Positions 9,369-17,788 of a stretch of DNA of 40,371 nt are shown one piece after another. The stretch is from a virus (lineage: Duplodnaviria > Caudoviricetes), in the IMG/VR virus record IMGVR_UViG_3300017700_000541, positions 1 through 40,371 of that record; one strand, 5' to 3'. Both the position numbers and the translations under genes were made by a program. The first letter of the stretch is position 1. Every line of letters starts with the position of its first letter. Under the pieces are notes generated by a model. The model was not told the origin of the DNA. It worked only from the letters and a program-made list of their open reading frames with translations, and did not search any database.

Positions 9369-11326
9369 GCACCGTTCAGGTCCAGGTCGGCGGACGCAGC
9401 GTTCCGGTTCAAGTTCAGTCGTCGGGCGTGGCTCGCGCGTCTCAGGCCGTGCGCGACGGGATTGACGCAGTTGAGGCTCAGCAGGCAACGTCCATTGCCG
9501 CCGTTGTGGCCCAAGGTGTTACCACTTCGGCGGTTGTCGTGGCCGCTGGAGCAGCCAGTGTTGCCGCTGCGGAGGCCGCTGCTGATGAGGCTGCCACTTA
9601 TGCGGACCTTCTGGACGGCGCGACGTTTGAGGCTGAAGTCTCGGTCGATGGCTACGCGGTCGTTGTCAATCTTGTGAAGGACGCCATTCAGTACCCGGTG
9701 TTTGGCCTGAATGACCAGTTTCAGTTTGACTGCCCCGGAGGGTTCAGCCGCAACCGCGCCGTGACGGTTCGGCACGTCGTGCTGATGGGTCAATCAAACA
9801 TGGCGGCGGACCAGGCTTTCGAGATCGTCTCGACCGCTGCGACCGGCTGGGGCAACAAGACGTTCCAGCGTGGCCCGAATACATGGGTTCCTGACGACAA
9901 CGAACTGACGCCGGAAGATCGGGCGGACGCCGGATTCATCCTCGCGCCGCTGTTTGAGGGTCAAACGGTCCTGACCTTTGAAGTCGAGTCCCGCGCGACC
10001 GGGTTGGCCGACACGCTCAAGGCTCTGATGACGGGGCGCGGCCGCAACGCGGTTCCGTTGGCTGATGGCGACTTCTTCATCGTCACGTCAACCGCCCTCG
10101 GTTCTCGCCGCCTGACCGACATCGGGCCGGACGATGAAACCAGCGAAGGCCTTTACATCACCGCGCTGGACGACATTGCCCGCGCGAAAGCGGCGGTGGA
10201 GTCGCTGGGCCATACCTACGAGTTTGCGGGCGTGGTGGTCGATCAGGGCGAGAAGGAAGGCGATCTGAAGCTGACCAACGCCGGATCGGTCCTGACGCCC
10301 CTGAACCTGATCGCCGGGTACAAGGCCAAGGCGATTGAACTGGCCGAAGCTATCGACACCGACGTTCGGGCGCTGACCAGCCAGACCCAGCCCGTCCTCA
10401 CCTTCGTTATGCCCGCCAACTCTAATCTGTGGACCCCGACCGCATGGCAGCAGGCGGCGGAAGACTGCCCGCTGATCCAGTTGATCGGCCCGCGCTATCA
10501 CTGCCAGTCGGCCATGCTCTATGTGAAGGGCGACACGTCTTCGGCCATCCACTACAGCGCCGACGCGCACCGGGCGGACCTGGCTGAACTGACCGCCCGC
10601 GCGATTCACCGGGTCAATGTGCTGGGCGAGCATCACAGCCCGCCGCTTGCTGTCTCGGCGCGCAAGATCTCCAGCACGTCGGTCGCGGTCAAGGTCAACA
10701 CCCGCTTTCCGCTGGTGGTCGATACGACGCTGGTTCCGCCCTGCTATGATTTCGGATTCACCCTCTACGCCGGGACCATCGACAGCCCGACCGGAGCGGT
10801 GATCCCAACCGCCATCGCGATCCAGGGCGATGAGGTGATCCTGACGGTTCCCTCGGTTCCGGCCAGCGGCTTTGTTCGCATCGGCGTCAACTCCCTTTGT
10901 GAGCTGGGCGTGACGATGACCGTCACCGCCCGCGCCGCAGCCACGGCGGACACCGACGCCGGAACCCGGTTTAAGCTGACCGTGGCGGGCGATCAGTCGG
11001 CGGTGCTGGCTCCGCTGCTGCGTGACGGCGTGTTCTACGTCTACGGCGACGGCCCGTCATCGGGTGTTTGCCGTGAGATCGAGGTCACGGGCGGCAACAC
11101 CCTGTTCTATATGCGCGACGACGAGGAACGCGACGACGGCGGCTTGATCCCGTTCGACGTGGGCGACGTGCTGACCTTCGGTCGGACCAACTCCTACACG
11201 AACGTCCGCAACACGGACCCCGCGATGAGCCGCAGCGCCCACGTCAACGGGCCGCAGGCCGGGCTTTACCCTCCACTCTACGGCTGGCTAATGCAGCACG
11301 CCGGTATCACGATCACGGGGGCATGA
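9365..11326 (+). CDS. Tailspike/receptor-binding protein with SGNH (SASA/CE6-like) esterase domain
   Basis: Ala-rich N-terminal stalk; GQSNM block I, DQGE block III and a distal IHY histidine. Confidence 0.75.
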   Translation: MSTVQVQVGGRSVPVQVQSSGVARASQAVRDGIDAVEAQQATSIAAVVAQGVTTSAVVVAAGAASVAAAEAAADEAATYADLLDGATFEAEVSVDGYAVVVNLVKDAIQYPVFGLNDQFQFDCPGGFSRNRAVTVRHVVLMGQSNMAADQAFEIVSTAATGWGNKTFQRGPNTWVPDDNELTPEDRADAGFILAPLFEGQTVLTFEVESRATGLADTLKALMTGRGRNAVPLADGDFFIVTSTALGSRRLTDIGPDDETSEGLYITALDDIARAKAAVESLGHTYEFAGVVVDQGEKEGDLKLTNAGSVLTPLNLIAGYKAKAIELAEAIDTDVRALTSQTQPVLTFVMPANSNLWTPTAWQQAAEDCPLIQLIGPRYHCQSAMLYVKGDTSSAIHYSADAHRADLAELTARAIHRVNVLGEHHSPPLAVSARKISSTSVAVKVNTRFPLVVDTTLVPPCYDFGFTLYAGTIDSPTGAVIPTAIAIQGDEVILTVPSVPASGFVRIGVNSLCELGVTMTVTARAAATADTDAGTRFKLTVAGDQSAVLAPLLRDGVFYVYGDGPSSGVCREIEVTGGNTLFYMRDDEERDDGGLIPFDVGDVLTFGRTNSYTNVRNTDPAMSRSAHVNGPQAGLYPPLYGWLMQHAGITITGA

Positions 11327-11330
11327 TCCG

Positions 11331-12179
11331 ATGACCGCCTTTCTTGCCAACTTCCCGACCGACCAGAGCCTTCCGGGGTATTTCCCGCCCCTGATCGAAA
11401 AGGACGCCCTCGGTTTCCCTTCGGCGAACATGGAGACGATGTTCCTCTATGAGGAAGGGTCGGGCACGACTCCGGCGGATGAGATGGGCGGGGCTGCGGC
11501 CCTGATCGAGCATCCGAACGCGGTCAACAACAGCGTCAGCTACCTGTCGGGCGGGGGCGGTCTGCTGCTGGCCGGAACCGAGATTGTCACCGAACCGGCG
11601 TTCGACGCCGCCGCGCCGTGGACGATTGCGGAGGTCTTCCGCATCGTAGACTCGGTCGGGGCGGATGCCGAGAAGATCGGCGGCCTGATGGGCTTCCGCA
11701 ACTGGATCAATGGAGCGTCGGTGCGTGGGCCGCTGGTCTATCTTCGCGGCTACACCGGCGATTGGGACGACGTAGCGGCGGACCCGTGGTTCGCGCATCG
11801 CCCCCCTAACGGGTCGGGCGCGGCGGGTACGGCTGCGGAACTGTCTCCACGACCGGGTGTCGGCAACGTCGTCGGTGTGGACCTGATCTGCGTCCAGTCC
11901 TTTAACGGGACTGACACCATCACGACGACCATTCGGGACATGACGGGCGCTCCGCTTTACTCCGGCTCGCTGACCGTCACCGAGGCGCAACTGTTCACGA
12001 TCTCAGGCACGACCGTCACCAGCCTTCAGCCGATGAGCGGCGGGCCAGACACGACCTATGCCAGCACGAAGAAGAACCTGGAGCTTCGCGCCCGCTATTC
12101 CGTCGGGTCATTGACGGAACGCGCGTGGGAAGTCTTCGCCGCCGCCGCCGACGCCAAGATCACAGCGCGCGGTCGCTGA
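11331..12179 (+). CDS. Tail-associated beta-sandwich (LamG-like) protein
   Basis: 282 aa; LYEEGSGTT.AD motif; follows the tailspike gene. Confidence 0.55.
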   Translation: MTAFLANFPTDQSLPGYFPPLIEKDALGFPSANMETMFLYEEGSGTTPADEMGGAAALIEHPNAVNNSVSYLSGGGGLLLAGTEIVTEPAFDAAAPWTIAEVFRIVDSVGADAEKIGGLMGFRNWINGASVRGPLVYLRGYTGDWDDVAADPWFAHRPPNGSGAAGTAAELSPRPGVGNVVGVDLICVQSFNGTDTITTTIRDMTGAPLYSGSLTVTEAQLFTISGTTVTSLQPMSGGPDTTYASTKKNLELRARYSVGSLTERAWEVFAAAADAKITARGR

Positions 12180-12185
12180 TCGTCA

Positions 12186-12254
12186 GCCGGGGAAGGTGCG
12201 CGAACACCCTCCCCCAGCCCCGACTATGTGACCAGCCGGGTCGCGCGACAACCC
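12186..12254 (-). ncRNA. SymR-like hairpin element (copy 1)
   Basis: Minus strand GCTGGGGGAGGGTG-TTCGCG-CACCTTCCCCGGC plus a second hairpin; same loop pattern as 14339-14352. Confidence 0.35.
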
Positions 12255-12294
12255 AACCTGACACCACGAATCCTTAAGAGCGAGTGACCCGCTA

Positions 12295-12528
12295 ATGACG
12301 CTTCACGCCGACGCCCGTAAACTCAACTGGTCAATGATCGGGGTGATTGTCGCCCTGATCGTGCAAGCGGCCACGCTGGTCTTTTGGGGCGGCGGGATTA
12401 ACCAGCGGGTGTCGAGCCTGGAGCGCACCGTCGCCCCGCTTGCCGATGGAACCCTCGCCCGTCTGGACGAGCGCACAAAGGCCATGAAGGAACAGCTAGA
12501 CCGGATTGAGCGGGAGGCTGGCCAGTGA
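12295..12528 (+). CDS. Holin/antiholin-like membrane protein
   Basis: One TM segment plus a coiled coil; first gene of the lysis cassette. Confidence 0.6.
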   Translation: MTLHADARKLNWSMIGVIVALIVQAATLVFWGGGINQRVSSLERTVAPLADGTLARLDERTKAMKEQLDRIEREAGQ

Positions 12529-12812
12529 ACACCCTCCTCCGCAATGCCCTCATGGGGCCGGGGCACACGTCCTACGACGCAGCCCGCATCCTCTGGGTTA
12601 TCGGCACGGTGGCCTTCATCATCGGGGCAATGGTGTTCCAAGGCATCGCCGTGCACAACGGTCAGGCATTCAGCATGATCGAGTTCGGGACCGGCTTCGG
12701 CGGCGGGCTGGCAACCATCCTCGCGCTTGGCGGTGCTGGTATCAGCCTCAAGGACCGGGGCGTTGCTCGGGCCTCTGCGACGATGGCCCCGGTAGAAACG
12801 CCCCCGGCTTAA
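12525..12812 (+). CDS. Putative holin
   Basis: 95 aa, two TM segments, upstream of the endolysin. Confidence 0.65.
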   Translation: MNTLLRNALMGPGHTSYDAARILWVIGTVAFIIGAMVFQGIAVHNGQAFSMIEFGTGFGGGLATILALGGAGISLKDRGVARASATMAPVETPPA

Positions 12813-12981
12813 CACGTTCGGCGGACGTGTAAGCAAAACCGCCCTTTCCTATACAGGTTTGCCGGGGCGTTTGACGTGCCCTCCGTGGTCGCATCGGACT
12901 ATCCGCATCAGCGGCGGGACACTGGCCCCCCGAACACTCGCCCCGGCCTCATTTTCCTAGCACAAACACCGGAGTCAGCCA

Positions 12982-13365
12982 ATGGCTTACAAGCTCGGCG
13001 TCACGTCACGCCTGCGTCTTCGCGAGGTCCACCCCGATCTGGTCCGCGTGGTCGAACTGGCCCTGTCCTACAGCCCGCACGACTTCACCATCACCGAGGG
13101 CCTGCGGTCGGTCGCTCGCCAGCGTGAACTGAAAGCGGCGGGCGCATCGCAGACGATGAACTCCCGGCACATCACCGGCCATGCAATTGATTTTGCGGTG
13201 CTGGTCGCGGGCAAGGTCCGATGGGACTGGCCGCTTTATGGTCAGGTCGCGCTGGCCTTCAAGCGCGCGGCGAAGGAACTAAACGTGCCGATCATTTGGG
13301 GCGGCGATTGGAAGTCGCTCAGGGATGGCCCGCACGTTGAACTCGACCGGAGGAAGTACCCGTGA
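12982..13365 (+). CDS. Endolysin, peptidase M15 family (L-Ala-D-Glu type)
   Basis: EGLRS..RQ, SRH..GHAID and WGGDW....DGPHVEL zinc-peptidase motifs. Confidence 0.92.
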   Translation: MAYKLGVTSRLRLREVHPDLVRVVELALSYSPHDFTITEGLRSVARQRELKAAGASQTMNSRHITGHAIDFAVLVAGKVRWDWPLYGQVALAFKRAAKELNVPIIWGGDWKSLRDGPHVELDRRKYP

Positions 13366-13571
13366 ACGAACAGAAAGATATGGCCTCTGCGCCAACGGAC
13401 GGAACTTGGATTGTCGGCATCGACAAGGACGGCAGAGAGGCCCGCATACAGTCGCGCGTGACGCACCCGCTTTGCCCGACCGTCAGGCATTGGGGCGAAG
13501 GCGAGACGGTCATGGAGGGCCATTGGGAGCGAAGCAAGTGCTTCTACCCGGTCGCGTGGAGGCCGGAATGA
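13362..13571 (+). CDS. Hypothetical protein
   Basis: MASAPTDGT...PVAWRP pattern common in small phage proteins; GTGA-coupled. Confidence 0.6.
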   Translation: MNEQKDMASAPTDGTWIVGIDKDGREARIQSRVTHPLCPTVRHWGEGETVMEGHWERSKCFYPVAWRPE

Positions 13572-13672
13572 CCTCCCTCCTCCTCGGCATTGCAATCGGG
13601 TTCTTCCTCGGCATTGCCAGCGTCTTTGTCGCGATCATCTGGACGTACCGGAAGGGCGTGGGTGGTGTTTAG
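13568..13672 (+). CDS. Small membrane peptide (34 aa)
   Basis: ATG at 13568 (ATGA overlap); single TM segment. Confidence 0.45.
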   Translation: MTSLLLGIAIGFFLGIASVFVAIIWTYRKGVGGV

Positions 13673-14298
13673 GCGATGTGCGCCCATCGCTGGCGCGAAA
13701 CGATCTTGGAAACCGCCTGCTGTTTAATGCCGAACCGATCGGCAATCGCCTGTTGCGTCGCTCCGCCGCGCGCCGCCTGACGGATCGCGATGATGTCTTT
13801 GTCTGACAGTTTGGCGCACCCATTTCGCTGCCCGATGACCCCAGCAGAGCGGATGGCGCGGGCGTCTGATGATGTCATAACCTCGCGAAGTCTGTCCGAG
13901 ATTTTCGCCCGACTTGCCGCGCTGTGCTTACGGCCCCTGCCCGCCAAGCCGACCTTCATCCGAGTTTCCGCAGAGTGTACTGACCCGCGCGGCGAGCCCG
14001 CTGTCGGGTAAATGTTAAAGCCGCGACTGTGAGCGCAAAGGCGGTCCATATGCCGCTGCTCAACCGCTGAGATACTCCCGGTCGGGACGGCCTCTAGGAC
14101 GGAAAAGGCAAAGGCTTCAGGGCCGAGTTGCGTCCAAGCCTCCTGAAGCAGTCGGTTTTTGTGCTTGCCATAATTGAGGGCGGAGCGATGCGCGCTCCAC
14201 CGTCTTACGATTCCAGTCGAACCGCCGACATAGCATCGACCATCGACCAGACAGGTGATGGCATAAACGCCGCGTTTTGGTATGCTTAAATCAGCCAA
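13669..14298 (-). CDS. GIY-YIG endonuclease with NUMOD3 repeats and C-terminal HTH
   Basis: GVY...YVG motif with conserved R, E and N; HSAETRMK/HSAASRAK repeats; TQQAIADRFGI HTH; TTG start with GGAG. Confidence 0.88.
   Translation of the reverse strand: MADLSIPKRGVYAITCLVDGRCYVGGSTGIVRRWSAHRSALNYGKHKNRLLQEAWTQLGPEAFAFSVLEAVPTGSISAVEQRHMDRLCAHSRGFNIYPTAGSPRGSVHSAETRMKVGLAGRGRKHSAASRAKISDRLREVMTSSDARAIRSAGVIGQRNGCAKLSDKDIIAIRQAARGGATQQAIADRFGIKQQAVSKIVSRQRWAHIA
14258..14286 (+). promoter_or_regulatory. Putative promoter for the antisense RNA
   Basis: ATGGCA-17-TATGCT with extended TG, inside the 5' end of the GIY-YIG gene. Confidence 0.45.
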
Positions 14299-14362
14299 GA
14301 CCTGATCTCCGAGATCGGTTGAGGTTAGGGCCGGGGCTGGTGTTAGAGCACCGCTTCGGCCC
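14293..14362 (+). ncRNA. SymR-like cis-antisense RNA to the GIY-YIG leader
   Basis: Covers the anti-start and anti-SD sequence; hairpin CTGATCT-CCG-AGATCGG and long hairpin with GGTG-TTAGAG-CACC; G-U pairs favour the + strand. Confidence 0.5.
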
Positions 14363-14366
14363 GAAG

Positions 14367-14394
14367 ATCATACCATGAACATCGCGGCCCTCAA
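14367..14394 (-). promoter_or_regulatory. sigma70-type promoter of the GIY-YIG gene
   Basis: TTGAGG-16-TATGAT with extended TG. Confidence 0.6.
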
Positions 14395-14406
14395 AGGGTT
14401 TCGCAA

Positions 14407-14841
14407 ATGCCTGTTCGCTCTATTCCGTGGCGCTGGATCGGCTATGCCGTCATGGCGGGGTGCCTGCTCTGGGGAGCAGCCAGTGCTCTAAGCTACGTCC
14501 CCTTCTCGCCATTCTGGTCCGCGAAGCGCGCGGAGGCGAGGGCTGACCGGCTTGAGGGCCAGGTCTCCACCCTTGAGCGCGAGGCCACCGGAAACGCGGA
14601 GATCGGCCAAGCCACCGAGACCTTCCACACCCGCGAGACCATCATCCGCGAGATTGCCTCGCAAGCCGAAACCGAAGCAAGGAACGCCCCCGATGCGGAC
14701 GCCCCCCTTACTCAAGAGCGGGCTGATCGCCTGCGCCTTAACGATCAGCGGGTGTGCGACAACGCCCCCGCCCTCTGCGCCAATCCTGACCCTGCCCCCG
14801 GTAGCTCGCCAACCGTGCCGCCTGCCGGTCCTGCCGGATAG
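14407..14841 (+). CDS. i-spanin (Rz-like)
   Basis: N-terminal TM segment plus coiled coil; overlapped by a lipoprotein gene. Confidence 0.75.
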   Translation: MPVRSIPWRWIGYAVMAGCLLWGAASALSYVPFSPFWSAKRAEARADRLEGQVSTLEREATGNAEIGQATETFHTRETIIREIASQAETEARNAPDADAPLTQERADRLRLNDQRVCDNAPALCANPDPAPGSSPTVPPAGPAG

Positions 14842-15001
14842 CCCGACGAACGCCGACCTAGACGCCACCTATGCCGCAAGGGCCGCTGCGCTGGCCGTGT
14901 GCGATGGCCGTAGGGATTTGGCGGTCCAGAGCTTCGACGCGCAACAACGGGCGCTCCAACCCCTCCCCCGCCCTTGGTGGCGCATCTTTACGGGTGGCTG
15001 A
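14693..15001 (+). CDS. o-spanin (Rz1-like lipoprotein)
   Basis: ATG at 14693 in the +1 frame within Rz; signal peptide with lipobox ISGC; Pro-rich. Confidence 0.75.
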   Translation: MRTPPLLKSGLIACALTISGCATTPPPSAPILTLPPVARQPCRLPVLPDSPTNADLDATYAARAAALAVCDGRRDLAVQSFDAQQRALQPLPRPWWRIFTGG

Positions 15002-16185
15002 TGGCCTTGTCCTTCGTTCCCATCGAAGACAACGAATATCCCGATTGGGTCACACCAACCCAAGCCCGCTATCTGAAGGCCCTTGAAGAGCACGGCACCT
15101 ACGACAAGGCGGCAGCCGCCCTCGGCGTGGTGAAAAACTCGGTATGGGAATCCATCACCCGCTACCGGAAGGAAGCGGCTCGCCGTGGCCATGCGCCGGG
15201 ACATTTCGACGACGGCGTAGCTCCCGGCTTCGTCATGGGGAAGGTCACCATTCAGCGCGGCCCCGGTGGGGTTGAGCGGGTATGGGAGCGCCAGTCGCCC
15301 GATGCGGAAAGGCAAGCCGAACAGCTAAAGGCTATCAGGGACGCGCTTCTTGAGGGCCTACAGCCTATCGCCCCCCTTGCCCCGCCCCGGTACACCGACG
15401 ACGACCTTTTGACCGTCTACCCGCAAGGCGACCCACACGCGGGCCTCTATGCGTGGAGGGACGAAACCGGACAGGCGTTCGACCTGGTGGAATACGAGCG
15501 CGTCACGAAGGCCGCGATTGACCGGCTGGTAGCCTCCGCAGCCCCGTCAGCCCATGCTCTGTTCATCGACCTTGGCGACAGCCTCCACGCCGACAACAAC
15601 GCCAGCCGGACAAAGAGCGGGCACCACCTCGATACACATGGCCGTCACGCCGAAGTCGTCCGCGCAGTCATCCGGTGCAAGCGCCACCACATCGCCCGGA
15701 TGCTGGAAAAGCACCAACACGTCACGGTGCGGATTAACCCCGGCAACCATGACGGCATCACGGCCCTGATGCTCGCGGAAATGATGGCCCTGATCTATGA
15801 GAACGAGCCGCGCGTGACGGTGGCGACCAGCCCTAACCCGTACTGGTTCCACGGCTTCGGCGCGAACCTGATTGGGACGACGCACGGTGACGGGGCCAAG
15901 GGTGCCAACCTTCCCCTGCTGATGGCCGTGGACGCTCCGGCAATGTGGCTGGCGTCGGAACACGGCTCGCGGGTCTGGTTCGTCGGACACGTCCACCACA
16001 AGGACGTGAAGGACTATCCGGGCGTCACGGTGGAATACTGCCGGACCCTCGCCGCGCCGGACATCTGGTCACACGCGAGCGGCTATCGGTCGAAGCGGTC
16101 GATGGAGGCCGTGACCTATCACCGGCAGGACGGGGAGGTGGAACGGCACACCTGCTCACTGGCGAGGCTCGACCGTGCAGCCTGA
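15001..16185 (+). CDS. Calcineurin-like metallophosphoesterase with N-terminal HTH
   Basis: GDPH, LGD, GNHD, HGD and GHVHH motifs; YDKAAAALGV HTH. Confidence 0.75.
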   Translation: MALSFVPIEDNEYPDWVTPTQARYLKALEEHGTYDKAAAALGVVKNSVWESITRYRKEAARRGHAPGHFDDGVAPGFVMGKVTIQRGPGGVERVWERQSPDAERQAEQLKAIRDALLEGLQPIAPLAPPRYTDDDLLTVYPQGDPHAGLYAWRDETGQAFDLVEYERVTKAAIDRLVASAAPSAHALFIDLGDSLHADNNASRTKSGHHLDTHGRHAEVVRAVIRCKRHHIARMLEKHQHVTVRINPGNHDGITALMLAEMMALIYENEPRVTVATSPNPYWFHGFGANLIGTTHGDGAKGANLPLLMAVDAPAMWLASEHGSRVWFVGHVHHKDVKDYPGVTVEYCRTLAAPDIWSHASGYRSKRSMEAVTYHRQDGEVERHTCSLARLDRAA

Positions 16186-16360
16186 CCTGACCCCCTTCGC
16201 GCGCCTCCTGTTCTGCGAGGCGAACAAGCAGCTAAACCGTCGCGCATCGGCAAAGCGGGCAAGGTGGGCGACCTACACCGGAAGGCCGTTCCCGCGCTCG
16301 GCTACCGATCAGCGACCTGATCCTGGTGTGCTGGATGATGACGACCCGGAGATGGGCTGA
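16175..16360 (+). CDS. Hypothetical protein
   Basis: 61-aa ORF with GAGG RBS, overlapping the previous stop. Confidence 0.35.
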   Translation: MQPDLTPFARLLFCEANKQLNRRASAKRARWATYTGRPFPRSATDQRPDPGVLDDDDPEMG

Positions 16361-16372
16361 AATAGCGCCGGT

Positions 16373-16565
16373 CGGTTTGCGCGCCTCCGGTAACCAACTG
16401 AATCTGTTGGGGTCGGGTAAGGCCCGGTTTGTAGCTATGTGGTTGTTTTTATAGGTAGAGCCACAGATTAAAAGTCAGATGCTCTAACCAACTGAGCTAA
16501 GGGCGCGCACAACAATATCAATCACTTGGCTAAACCGCGCGGACCCGGTTTGTGATCGGTTTGTA
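16373..16565. mobile_element. attP: attP region with arm-type repeats and IHF site
   Basis: CGGTTTG at 16373, 16425, 16546 and 16557; IHF consensus TATCAATCACTTG at 16516-16528; tRNA fragment core; adjacent to the int 3' end. Confidence 0.75.
16466..16506 (-). tRNA. 5' half of tRNA-Lys(UUU); attP homology segment, not a full tRNA
   Basis: GCGCCCTTAGCTCAGTTGGTTAGAGCATCTGACTTTTAATC gives the acceptor 5' strand, D-arm and anticodon loop CTTTTAA; no T-arm follows. Confidence 0.85.
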
Positions 16566-17661
16566 TTTCGGGTTTCTGTTTCATTCTCGAAAGCAGGTCA
16601 AGGGCCACCGCGTCACGGCTGACATATTTCGCCAAAAGGGCCTGAACGTGATCGGGTGACCAGCCGAAAATCAGCGCCAGATCGGACGGCGTCAGGTCGG
16701 GGTACGACACGGCTTTCCGGGTGACGGCGGTGCCTCTCAGGTCATGGAACCGGAGGCCCGTTATCCCCGCGTCGGCCTTGGCTTGCTGGAAGACGGACTT
16801 GAACCCGTCCCTGGTCCACGGCTTGCCCCGGTTGTTCGTCAGGACGACGGTGGAAACTTTCGGGATTGCTCCGATCAGCTCGCAGCCCGCCTGTGAAAAC
16901 GGGATGGTCGCCACCCTGCCCCGCTTGCTGGTCCGCTTCGTGATGCCGTGGTCCCCGACCTCGCCCCATGTCAGGGTCAATAGGTCACCCATACGCAGGC
17001 CCGTCTCAGCCGCTAGGCGGATGGCTTGCTGAACGCGGGGGGATGCCTCCGCACATATCTTCACCAGATCGGCGTCGGTCCAGATAACATCGGACCTGTC
17101 TGCACGGTGAAGCCGCTCGATCCCCTCAACGGGATTGTGCGAGGCCAGCTTGCGAGCTTTGGCCCAGCCGAACAGTCGGCCAATGGTCCCCATCAAATAG
17201 TCAGCCGTCCGGGGCTTGTCGGAGAAGGCGTCATCGCGCCAATCGACAATGTCGGGCGTAGCCTGCTCAACGACACGGACCTTGAACGTCCCGAACTCCG
17301 CATCAAAGGCTTTCAGGTGGCGGGCGTACTCGGTCTTTGACGCATCACCGAGGCGCGCATATTCGGGCGACGCCTTGAACGCCGCGATCAGCCCCCGGAC
17401 ATAGGCGCGGTCGTCAGTGTGGCGGATAGGCTTTCGGGCGGCGTCCAGCTTTGCGAGCGTGTCGGGCTGGCCTAGCGCCTTCTCTAACGCGTCGTTGGCG
17501 TCGGCCAGGTTCCTGCCGTCAGCGCGGGCGATCAGGTCACCGCCCCGGAAGGCATAGGCGTAAACCGCCACACGGCCCCCGGAGAGCCGCTTAGTGGCCT
17601 TTTGCAGTCCTGATAAGCGAGCGCGCACGTCGGGCTTCCCGCATGGCTTCAAGGCCGTCAT
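16522..17661 (-). CDS. int: Tyrosine integrase
   Basis: TGLR, HDLR, FGW and KY catalytic motifs; ATG at 17661 with GAGGG (alternative GTG at 17667). Confidence 0.93.
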   Translation of the reverse strand: MTALKPCGKPDVRARLSGLQKATKRLSGGRVAVYAYAFRGGDLIARADGRNLADANDALEKALGQPDTLAKLDAARKPIRHTDDRAYVRGLIAAFKASPEYARLGDASKTEYARHLKAFDAEFGTFKVRVVEQATPDIVDWRDDAFSDKPRTADYLMGTIGRLFGWAKARKLASHNPVEGIERLHRADRSDVIWTDADLVKICAEASPRVQQAIRLAAETGLRMGDLLTLTWGEVGDHGITKRTSKRGRVATIPFSQAGCELIGAIPKVSTVVLTNNRGKPWTRDGFKSVFQQAKADAGITGLRFHDLRGTAVTRKAVSYPDLTPSDLALIFGWSPDHVQALLAKYVSRDAVALDLLSRMKQKPEIQTDHKPGPRGLAK

Positions 17662-17788
17662 CTGCACCCTCGTTCGCGGAAGAGGTCAAGACGCGAACCG
17701 TGCCGTCTGGCGCGATTTCGACTCCTGACACGGAAAGCCCGAGCTTTTGGAGGCCCCGGACTGTTTTGGTGATCGAGGCGCGGGTCAT
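17591..17788 (-). CDS. Putative excisionase/RDF
   Basis: Small basic ORF overlapping the int start; VEIAPDGTVRV motif. Confidence 0.55.
   Translation of the reverse strand: MTRASITKTVRGLQKLGLSVSGVEIAPDGTVRVLTSSANEGADDGLEAMREARRARSLIRTAKGH

Noticed and set aside
12262-12280. Full CtrA box near GAATCCTTAA
   Set aside because: Only one TTAA half-site is present; no TTAA-N7-TTAA was found by eye
9365-12290. Diversity-generating retroelement or invertible tail-fibre cassette
   Set aside because: No reverse transcriptase, invertase or TR/VR repeat pair was seen
16391-16495. 11-bp repeat TAACCAACTGA at 16391 and 16485
   Set aside because: Short, only two copies and no interpretable structure; may be chance or a recombination scar
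16466-16506. Functional phage tRNA-Lys gene
   Set aside because: The 3' anticodon stem, T-arm and acceptor 3' strand are missing; it is an attP fragment
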